Source: a virus. Taken from it: a stretch of DNA of 64,000 bases. Within the stretch, counting starts at the first letter, position 1. The number at the start of each line of letters is the position of its first letter. Under the pieces are notes generated by a model. It searched no databases, was not told where the DNA came from, and saw nothing but the letters and a program-made list of their open reading frames with translations. The DNA lies in IMG/VR virus record IMGVR_UViG_3300018080_000004. One strand, given 5' to 3'. Positions 37,705 to 45,313 of the stretch are shown here, piece after piece. The translations under genes and the position numbers were made by a program.

Positions 37705-38267
37705 GCATCCCTACGAAAGCAGAACTCAAGAAGATGTTCAGCCGGGCCTGGGCGTCCGGCGGGGAGACCCCGTGCGGGCAGGGCTCCCGACTGGCGAACA
37801 CGGCCACGATGCGCGAGGCGCTCAAGCTCCTCCTCTGGAAGTACGGGGTGGACGCCATCGACGACTGCGGGTGCGGAGACTTCAACTGGGTCAAGTCCCT
37901 CCCACTATACGGGGTCGTCTATCGGGGCTACGACGTGGTGGACCGGAAGCGCCGCGACCTCCCCTTCGAGGTCAAGGACGTGATTTCCGAGGAGCTCGCC
38001 CCTTGCGATCTCATCATCTGCAAGGACGTGTTCATCCACTGGACCAATGAGATGATAATGGCCGCCCTGGCGAATTTCCGGAAGTACGGGGAGTATCTCT
38101 TCGCGGAGAGCACGCCGGGCCTCGACAACTCCCAGCGGGTTATCACTCCGGGAGGCTTCGCCAAGGTCAACCTGGAGGCGCTCCCCTTCAACCTGGGTCC
38201 CCCGATGGAGAAGATCGAGGACCCCACGTTCCGGCGCTACTACGGGTGGTGGGACATCAATATCTGA
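37701..38267 (+). CDS. Class I SAM-dependent methyltransferase-like protein
   Basis: ATGA overlap. ETPCGQGS, IDDCGCGDFNW, YRGYDVV, CDLIICKDVFIH. Confidence 0.78.
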   Translation: MSIPTKAELKKMFSRAWASGGETPCGQGSRLANTATMREALKLLLWKYGVDAIDDCGCGDFNWVKSLPLYGVVYRGYDVVDRKRRDLPFEVKDVISEELAPCDLIICKDVFIHWTNEMIMAALANFRKYGEYLFAESTPGLDNSQRVITPGGFAKVNLEALPFNLGPPMEKIEDPTFRRYYGWWDINI

Positions 38268-38276
38268 GAGGCTTTC

Positions 38277-39041
38277 ATGTTTTACAGGTTCGTGAAGAGC
38301 GGCGTGCGCCTCCCGGTGGACCTGGACGACCTGTACCAGGACGAGGCGTGCTTCATCGCGGGAGGGGCCCCGATCCTCGCGGAGTTCGCGGAGCTCCTGG
38401 GCGACCTCCGCCCGCATATCCTTGCGATCAATAACGCGGCCACGAAGGTCCCGGCCACCATGTGGATCGGCGGCGACAAGCCGGACTGCATCGACCGGTC
38501 CATCCTCCTCGACCCGACCATCATGAAGTTCGCGGTGATAAGCCGCCGGGACTATGACGTGGAGGGGGTGCCGTGGAAGTTCCGGCCCGGCACGTTCTTC
38601 TTTGGGACGAAGGAGGGCTTCAATCAGCGGAACTTCCTGGAGCGGCATCGGGACCTGTGCTGGTGGAAGAACACCTTCTTCCTCGCGCTCCAGCTTGCCT
38701 ACCGGCTCGGCTTCCGGACCGTCTACCTCGTGGGGTGCGGATTCCAGATCGAGCAGGACAAGCAATACGCCTGGGACACCGCCCTCTCGGCCGAGGAGGT
38801 CTCCTGGAACCAGCGGCTTTACAATAATTCTCTTATTCGCTTGAAGGAACTCAAACCGCTTTTCGAGAAGAAGGGGTTTAGGGTGGTGAGCTCGACGCCC
38901 GGCTCCCTGGCGAACGAGGTTCTGGAGTACAGGGACCCGGCGCAAGTGCTCGACGAGTTTGCAAAGGCCATCCCACGCCCCAACACGGTGGCGCTCCCGC
39001 ACAGCTCCAAGGTATCGAAAAACGCCTCCGTGAACGCATGA
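38277..39041 (+). CDS. DUF115/MptE-like (sialyltransferase/Maf-like fold) protein
   Basis: CFIAGGAPIL, ILAINNA, WIGGDK, LQLAYRLGFRTVYLVGCGF. Confidence 0.7.
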   Translation: MFYRFVKSGVRLPVDLDDLYQDEACFIAGGAPILAEFAELLGDLRPHILAINNAATKVPATMWIGGDKPDCIDRSILLDPTIMKFAVISRRDYDVEGVPWKFRPGTFFFGTKEGFNQRNFLERHRDLCWWKNTFFLALQLAYRLGFRTVYLVGCGFQIEQDKQYAWDTALSAEEVSWNQRLYNNSLIRLKELKPLFEKKGFRVVSSTPGSLANEVLEYRDPAQVLDEFAKAIPRPNTVALPHSSKVSKNASVNA

Positions 39042-39075
39042 ACCGGCACGGCGCCTGAATGGGACGAGGATACGA

Positions 39076-39444
39076 ATGGACATTCCACAAGAAGCAGTGC
39101 GGACCCTGAGCGACACGGCCTGGGGGGCTATCTGGCTCACCACCGTGGCCTGCATGGGCAGTGCGATCACCTATCTGGTGGTTTACATACGCTCACTGAA
39201 CCGGACGATAAACGGCCTGGGTGAGAAGCGGACCCAGGACGCGAAGGATAATGCAGAGGCAGCCCAGAAGCTCGTGCGCGAGGCGCTGGAGGCCCTCGGA
39301 AAGGCCACCCGCGCCGTCGAGGAGCTGAACCGGACGGTGGGCGACTCGAATCGGAACACGTGCACGGAGCTCGGCCGCGTGGCCGAGGCGCTGAACTGCC
39401 GGAGCTGCCCCGCTCGCGCTCAGGCCCTTGGGTCCGGAGGATAG
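39076..39444 (+). CDS. Holin-like membrane protein
   Basis: One N-terminal hydrophobic helix (WGAIWLTTVACMGSAITYLVVYI) followed by a coiled coil, 122 aa. Confidence 0.55.
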   Translation: MDIPQEAVRTLSDTAWGAIWLTTVACMGSAITYLVVYIRSLNRTINGLGEKRTQDAKDNAEAAQKLVREALEALGKATRAVEELNRTVGDSNRNTCTELGRVAEALNCRSCPARAQALGSGG

Positions 39445-39446
39445 TG

Positions 39447-39677
39447 ATGAGCCTATTCGGCAGGATTGTGGGGGCCATCCTGGGCCGGAACGGCTTCGAC
39501 GAGGCCAAGCACGAGGCGGAAGTCCAGGGCCTCCAGGAGCAGGCCAAAGCGTGCAACGATGAGACCCAGGTGCATCTCGGTCGCATGCGCGACGCTTTCG
39601 AGGGCATCGACCTCGACGCGGCTGCCAAGATCGAGGAGCCGGAAGACGCCGAAGAGCGGGTGCCCCCAGACCGATAG
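39447..39677 (+). CDS. Small protein with an amphipathic N-terminus, coupled to the holin-like gene
   Basis: GGAGG SD. MSLFGRIVGAILG followed by a helical coiled coil. Confidence 0.55.
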   Translation: MSLFGRIVGAILGRNGFDEAKHEAEVQGLQEQAKACNDETQVHLGRMRDAFEGIDLDAAAKIEEPEDAEERVPPDR

Positions 39678-39686
39678 GAGGTCAAT

Positions 39687-39908
39687 GTGGTAGCGGAAGA
39701 TGAGGTAAAGGTGCTTCTATCGGCCGTCATCCCTTCCGACAGGGCCGCCCAGGATGCCCTCGCTTTCGCCGTCCTCCTGGACGAGGGGCGCGGGGAAGAT
39801 ACTGTGCGGAATATCCTCATGAGACTGGAAGAGGAGTTCGAGCTTGCTCCCGACGCCCTGGACGCGGTGTGGGCGTTCGCCGGGCTGGAGCGGGGGTGGC
39901 CCTCCTAA
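39687..39908 (+). CDS. Hypothetical protein
   Basis: AGGAGG SD, GTG start, 73 aa. Confidence 0.55.
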   Translation: MVAEDEVKVLLSAVIPSDRAAQDALAFAVLLDEGRGEDTVRNILMRLEEEFELAPDALDAVWAFAGLERGWPS

Positions 39909-39916
39909 TTTTCCCT

Positions 39917-39944
39917 TTGTTTTTCGGGGGGATGCGCGTAGAAT
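39917..39944 (+). promoter_or_regulatory. Possible sigma70-like promoter
   Basis: TTGTTT-16 bp-TAGAAT in an intergenic T-rich gap. Confidence 0.45.
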
Positions 39945-40028
39945 CATGGTGTCCCAGGGCGGGGCACGGACTCCAGCCGGACTCGAACAGCGACCACCAT
40001 AGCTCGCTGGCGCGTCCGAGGAGGTACG

Positions 40029-40316
40029 ATGGCAACCCAGGCGGGCCTCGCCCGTAGTTTCTACGGGTGGCTCTCTAAGGTCGAGACGGAGCTAAAGCGC
40101 GACCGAGGCGCGGCGCCCATCCTTTCGCAACTCCCCAAGACACGCCCCACTTCCCTCTCCGAGCTAACCCAGGTCAGCGTAAGCGCGTACGCTGCCCTAA
40201 CAGGCACGAAGCACGAGGAGCGTGCGGCCTATTGGAAGGGGCTCTTCGAGGGGATAGAGCGAGAGGGGTGGCGCGAGGGCGCGACTGTCGGTAGCGACAG
40301 TGGAGGCGAGACCTAA
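40029..40316 (+). CDS. Hypothetical protein
   Basis: GAGGAGG SD, 95 aa, TAATG-coupled to the next gene. Confidence 0.6.
   Translation: MATQAGLARSFYGWLSKVETELKRDRGAAPILSQLPKTRPTSLSELTQVSVSAYAALTGTKHEERAAYWKGLFEGIEREGWREGATVGSDSGGET
40284..40301. repeat. Perfect copy of the palindrome ACTGTCG-GTAG-CGACAGT
   Basis: Read directly; 15 bp upstream of the gp14-like start. Confidence 0.9.
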
Positions 40317-40891
40317 TGCCGTGGCCGACCCGATACCCGGCTTTCATCCGGACCGTCCTCCGAATCCAGGAGGAGTTCGACGTGCGCCGGGTTCCACGGG
40401 TCTGGTTCTGGCGGTTCAATCTGGAGTCCACGGACGAGGACTCGGTGTACGGCGAGGCCGCCGAGGTCCTCAGAAAGTATCACGACCCCATCGGGGCGCA
40501 CCTGTTCATCCGGAACTGGGAGAAGCAGGAAGGCCCTACCAAGATGGGCGTGGACAAGGACGTGGACCTCAAGGTTACGATCTCCCTCGCCGAAGCGGCC
40601 CGGCTCGGTCTTCACTACGCCCTGGAGGACGAGGCGGAGCAGGGCTACATCCCGCACGCGGACGACGTGTTCCAGTGGCGGGGCGAGCTCTACACAATCA
40701 CCGAGAGGTTCCGCGTCGAGAAGATGATCGGCCCCACGAAGTGGGTGGGGCTGTATTCCGGCGCGGCGGTCAAGATGATTCACGACTCCACGGACATGGA
40801 CAAGCCCCTGGAGGAGCGGCCGGACGAGCCGCCCCAGCCGGAGTGGCCCGTCGAGATGAGGAGTGATGGCGTCCGTCAAGGTACACCATAA
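40316..40891 (+). CDS. Head-closure/neck protein (T4 gp14-like)
   Basis: NLESTDEDSVYGEA, MGVDKDVD, PHADDVFQWRGELYTI. Confidence 0.75.
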   Translation: MPWPTRYPAFIRTVLRIQEEFDVRRVPRVWFWRFNLESTDEDSVYGEAAEVLRKYHDPIGAHLFIRNWEKQEGPTKMGVDKDVDLKVTISLAEAARLGLHYALEDEAEQGYIPHADDVFQWRGELYTITERFRVEKMIGPTKWVGLYSGAAVKMIHDSTDMDKPLEERPDEPPQPEWPVEMRSDGVRQGTP

Positions 40892-41486
40892 CGTGCAGGT
40901 CGGGGGCCGGGTCTACAAGCTGAGGACCCGAAAGCCCTTCATCGGGACCCTCGCGGAGTCCCAGATGACCGCCACCATCCCCCAGATGCGAAACGTCGCC
41001 TGGGAGACGCGGGACCTCCTCATCGACAAGGCGCTCGCCGGAAGCGCCCAGGGGCGACCCACCGTCCTGACCAGGGGCGACTTCCCACGGTCCAAGGCGA
41101 AAGGGCGCAGGGCGCCCAGGCAGCCCTACCCCTTCGACCGGGATCGGCGCCTCCGGCTCCAGGAAGACTACGTGGACTGGAAGGTCCGGGAAGGGTACGA
41201 TCCCAGGCCGCTGCTCGCCAGGGGCGACTACTTCCGGGCCATCGTCGTGTTCGAGTCCAGGACGAAGAAGGGCGTCACCTTCGAGGTGCGCCTCAAGCGC
41301 GGCCGGTCCAAGCGGACGGGCATCCCCTTCTCGGTCCTGTGGCGGTGGCTTGAGTTCGGCAACTCCCGCACCAAGCCCCGGCCCCACTGGAGGCCAGCCG
41401 CCAGGATCGTGGCCCAGATAGTGAAGCGCATCCCGGAGAACGCCAGGGTCCAGGCGGTCCGGGACGCGCTGAGGAGCATACAGTGA
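40866..41486 (+). CDS. Neck/tail-completion protein (HK97 gp10-like)
   Basis: Basic protein. WLEFGNSRTKPRPHWRPA motif. Position after the gp14-like gene. Confidence 0.65.
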   Translation: MASVKVHHNVQVGGRVYKLRTRKPFIGTLAESQMTATIPQMRNVAWETRDLLIDKALAGSAQGRPTVLTRGDFPRSKAKGRRAPRQPYPFDRDRRLRLQEDYVDWKVREGYDPRPLLARGDYFRAIVVFESRTKKGVTFEVRLKRGRSKRTGIPFSVLWRWLEFGNSRTKPRPHWRPAARIVAQIVKRIPENARVQAVRDALRSIQ

Positions 41487-44400
41487 CGTACAGGATGACC
41501 GGCGATTGCGACGCGGGGCTCTTCGCCTGGAAGAACCTAAAATTCGAGGCCCTGGCCGCGCTGCCCGTCTGGGACGCCTCCTACGAGGGGCGGGTGATCT
41601 TCATCACAACTCCGGGCGGGAACTACGGCATGTGGCTCGGCGGCACGGCCGGGTGGGTGCGCCCGCCCAGCGCCTCCCCCGTCGGGGTCTACACGGTCGG
41701 CTCGGACCCGAACGACGACTTCACGAACGCCTACGACGCCCTGGACCACGTGAAGGACGAAGCGGTGGTCCAGTACGCCATCCTCCTCATCCGGGACTCT
41801 CAGAACTTCTCGACCGGGGCCGGGGTGGCTTCGATCCTACTGACCGAAAAGACCATCCGCTTCGTGGGCATGCCTTCCGCCACCCAGGGACGCCCCACCA
41901 TCACCGCCGCCAACACCACCTCCCAGACCGTCCAGATGCAGCGGGGCGCTCTCATCTTCGAGAACATCAAGATCAGCTTCACGGGCCTCATGGTCTCGGC
42001 TACGAATCGCCTCTTCGACATGCTCACGCCGAGTCCCATCTACTTGTGGGGAGCGGAGCTTGTCGGCGAGGGCGGTTCCGTGGGCTCCGTCATCGGCCTC
42101 GGCGCGGACGGCAGCGTCTCCGGGGAGAACGTCAACGTGTGGGCTTTCGGGTCCAGGTGCGAACACCTCTCCAGCGGCGTGGTGTTCTCTCACAAGGGCC
42201 CCGTGGCCTCGGCCGCGAACCTCCTCACCGTGTGGTCTTTCGGCTCGGAGTGGGGCGCACAGTGCACCGAGAACGAGTCCACCGACGGCACCACCACGCA
42301 GATCACATCGGTCTATCTCTCGACGGGGTGCAGGGTCACGAGCGCGAACGCTTTCAACACTGTCGGCAGGAAGACCTGCATCGTGTACGTTCCCCCCGAC
42401 TACCACACTTACACGGCCCAGGCCGCGCCGGGGATCACCGAGACGTATCTGGGTGCGGATGCGAAGGTCGAAGGGACCTACGCCCCGGTATTCTACGCGC
42501 CCGTGGGGGGCACGAAGCTATACCACCATCTCGCCGGGATCGACGCGGCCCTCGGCGCTGGCGCTGGGCCTCCTGGACTCGCCATCGTCCCCGGCTTTGG
42601 GAACTACGGGTCCCTGAGCGCGGCCGTGGCGGCCGCTCCCGGACTTGGGGCGCTCTATCCGCCTGTGATGTCGAACTTCGCCGAGGAGTTCGGCACCGTC
42701 ACAATCCTACCGCCCCTTCCTGGGACGGCCGGGCTACGCGCAGCCCTGGAGGGCCGAGCTGTCGGGTCCATCCAGGCGAACGACCAAGACCTACTCCTAC
42801 ACGGGAACGGGAAGGACAACTGCATCCGGAACGTCACCTCCACCAACCTCAAGGGCGTACCCGTCGGCCCCTACCCCTACCCTCGCGGCACCTTCGACTA
42901 CCTCTCCCTGACCTGCCTCGGCGTTCGAGACGACAACGAACTCATCGCCGGGGACGCGGGGTCGCCCTACTTCGCCGAGGGCTTCACCTTCCTGGGCGGA
43001 GGCTACTGGAAGTGGAAGCTTCAGTGCTGCGAAATCCGGAGGGGGATCAATCTCCTCGGAATCGACTACGGTGTCTCGGCCTTCGAGCTCGACTGGCAGT
43101 TCACCAAGTTCTACGTGCCCGTCGAGGACATCCCGCTCGACCCGGCCGCGCCCCAGAACATCAACGGGTGCGAGTTTTTCTCGACTTTCACGCTCGAAGC
43201 CCCGTCTCCGGTCGCTGTCGCCGCCGAGGCGTGCTACTTCGCAACGGAGCCCCTCGTGGACGCCGATGTCACGCTGGAGCTCTACGACTGCGTTGTCGGG
43301 AATAAATACTACAGCCACGCGGTCATCACGAACGCGGGGATCGTCGAGGCGTCCATCGGCATCCCCACCCTCCAAGAGGCTCAGATTCTCGCCATGGTGC
43401 CCGCCACGGGCATGGTGGTCTTCAACACGACCCGGAGCGTGGCCCAGTTCTACGACGGGACCCAGTGGGTGGACATGACGGGTGATCTCCTACCCCCGAA
43501 CGTGTACGCGCTGCCGCTGACCGGGGACCCTTCCGTCGTCCTACCTACCCTCCCGCCAGGGTCCACCCTGTGGCTCGGCGCGGGCCTCTACACGTGCGCG
43601 GACTTCATCGACTTCTCGACGAAGCCGTACAGGCTCCAGGGGCAGGGGAGAGATAAGACTCAGCTCTTGTGGCCTGCCGGAGTCCCGTCCGGCAACCCCC
43701 ATATCCTCATCGGACAGGCCGATTCCGAAGTCCTCGACATGACCATCATCTTCGCGGACGCCTCGGTCGCGGGGATCGCCTCCGGGCCCTCCGCCGACCG
43801 ACTGCGCCTGGAGGACCTGTACCTCTACGGGACATGCACGACCGCGCTGTCCCTCCAGGGGCCCGCGCCCTACATGGAGCGCGTGCAGGCCGAGAACTTC
43901 ACCCCCGGTGGCGACGTGCTGAACATCGCGGGGACCGCCGCCGACCCCACCGCCCTCTACTGCATCTTCTACGGTCTTGGCGACATCACCCCCATGACCG
44001 CCATCGCGGCTCAGAACGGCCGTTTCCGGAACTCCCTCTTCCGGACCGCCTCGACGAACGCCATGTGCGTCTACCTTGCGGCCGGATCGGACTACACCGA
44101 GATCGTGGACAACGAAATCCTCGCCGACGACGGCTTCACCTGGGGGGTGGACGTAAACTCCGCCTCTTGCCGGGTGTCCAAAAACCGCACCCACGGCAAC
44201 GGGCAGATTCTCGGCGTCCGGGTCCAGGAGCTCAGGACGGAGGTAAAGCGCAACCGGATCGTGTCAGACACCGGCGGCGTCGTGTGGGCCATCGTCCTCA
44301 ACTCCGGCACGAATCAGAACGTCTGCGAGAACGAGATCGTGATGGAGGACGCCCTGGGGAACATCGGGATTGACATCATCGGGGACCAGACGCGCTCGAT

Positions 44401-44584
44401 CTTCAATGACAATACCATCACCCAGAGCGGACCCGTCCCGAACGGGCCTTTCCTGAACGCCGTCCCGATCAGCACGACGGTCGCGGTGACGTTCTCGGTG
44501 GTGGACGGAAACATCTTCTCGGCCGCCATCGGCGGTGCGGGCTTCGCGGCAAGCTCGGTTCTTGGAGCGAACCTCCTGACCTAA
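41483..44584 (+). CDS. Beta-helix (pectin-lyase-like) appendage/tailspike protein
   Basis: 1033 aa. LPPGSTLWLGAGLYT, LQGQGRDKT, repeated Asn-ladder strands, fibre-joint motif GMVVFNTT...QFYDGTQW. Confidence 0.7.
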   Translation: MTYRMTGDCDAGLFAWKNLKFEALAALPVWDASYEGRVIFITTPGGNYGMWLGGTAGWVRPPSASPVGVYTVGSDPNDDFTNAYDALDHVKDEAVVQYAILLIRDSQNFSTGAGVASILLTEKTIRFVGMPSATQGRPTITAANTTSQTVQMQRGALIFENIKISFTGLMVSATNRLFDMLTPSPIYLWGAELVGEGGSVGSVIGLGADGSVSGENVNVWAFGSRCEHLSSGVVFSHKGPVASAANLLTVWSFGSEWGAQCTENESTDGTTTQITSVYLSTGCRVTSANAFNTVGRKTCIVYVPPDYHTYTAQAAPGITETYLGADAKVEGTYAPVFYAPVGGTKLYHHLAGIDAALGAGAGPPGLAIVPGFGNYGSLSAAVAAAPGLGALYPPVMSNFAEEFGTVTILPPLPGTAGLRAALEGRAVGSIQANDQDLLLHGNGKDNCIRNVTSTNLKGVPVGPYPYPRGTFDYLSLTCLGVRDDNELIAGDAGSPYFAEGFTFLGGGYWKWKLQCCEIRRGINLLGIDYGVSAFELDWQFTKFYVPVEDIPLDPAAPQNINGCEFFSTFTLEAPSPVAVAAEACYFATEPLVDADVTLELYDCVVGNKYYSHAVITNAGIVEASIGIPTLQEAQILAMVPATGMVVFNTTRSVAQFYDGTQWVDMTGDLLPPNVYALPLTGDPSVVLPTLPPGSTLWLGAGLYTCADFIDFSTKPYRLQGQGRDKTQLLWPAGVPSGNPHILIGQADSEVLDMTIIFADASVAGIASGPSADRLRLEDLYLYGTCTTALSLQGPAPYMERVQAENFTPGGDVLNIAGTAADPTALYCIFYGLGDITPMTAIAAQNGRFRNSLFRTASTNAMCVYLAAGSDYTEIVDNEILADDGFTWGVDVNSASCRVSKNRTHGNGQILGVRVQELRTEVKRNRIVSDTGGVVWAIVLNSGTNQNVCENEIVMEDALGNIGIDIIGDQTRSIFNDNTITQSGPVPNGPFLNAVPISTTVAVTFSVVDGNIFSAAIGGAGFAASSVLGANLLT

Positions 44585-45312
44585 TGATTCGACCGATAGA
44601 CGAGGCTCTGAAAGGGTTCTTCGGCCGCCTGCTCTGGGGCGGGCGCTCGATCCCCGTCGTCTACGCCTCCCCGGACCGGGCCTACGGGGAGATCATCCGG
44701 TGGCTCGCCAAGAACAACCGGATCAAGGTGAGCACCGTCGAGGAGCAGATCAGGGCGAAGAAGCTGAAAATCCCGATGCCCTTCTGCTCGGTTTGGACGG
44801 AATCCCCGGACTTCGACGCGGAGAGGTTTAGCCCGGCCCGGATCAGGGGCTTCGATCTCGACGAGGAAGCGGGCACCGCGAAGGTCATGCTCGTGCCCAA
44901 GCCGGTCGTGGCGACTCTCCAGGCCGACTTCTGGATGAAAAACATACACGAGGCCAAGATTCTGGAAACCCAACTGGAGCTCCAGTTCTGGGACAATGAG
45001 CGGTCAATACCGGTGGACTTCTCGGACGAGCGGCACTACACTCCGCCCTACGACGCGCTCATTCACATGAAAGTTCTGGGCCAGACGCGCTTCTGGCTCC
45101 GGAAGACGGGGCCCCTCTCCGACAATAGCGACCTGGAGACGGAGGGGAAGCTCCGGGGGATTCGACGGACGTTTTCGGGCGAGGTCCGGGCGCAGCTCCC
45201 GCACGTGCCGTACGTGCACAAGGTACTCCGCAGTCTGACCTACGCCTTCATCGACGAAACGACGGACACCGAGCTGGAGACGCTCGATGTCCAAATCTCT
45301 GGAGGACCGTAA
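44584..45312 (+). CDS. Tail terminator/sheath stabiliser (T4 gp15-like)
   Basis: IPVVYASPDRAY...IPMPFCSV, located directly before the sheath gene. Confidence 0.75.
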   Translation: MIRPIDEALKGFFGRLLWGGRSIPVVYASPDRAYGEIIRWLAKNNRIKVSTVEEQIRAKKLKIPMPFCSVWTESPDFDAERFSPARIRGFDLDEEAGTAKVMLVPKPVVATLQADFWMKNIHEAKILETQLELQFWDNERSIPVDFSDERHYTPPYDALIHMKVLGQTRFWLRKTGPLSDNSDLETEGKLRGIRRTFSGEVRAQLPHVPYVHKVLRSLTYAFIDETTDTELETLDVQISGGP

Positions 45313-45313
45313 C

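Noticed and set aside
39945-40028. tRNA-like T-loop (GTTCGAGTCC on the minus strand at 39979-39988) in an intergenic leader
   Set aside because: The T-stem does not pair and no acceptor or anticodon arms can be built. A structured leader cannot be excluded without a covariance search.
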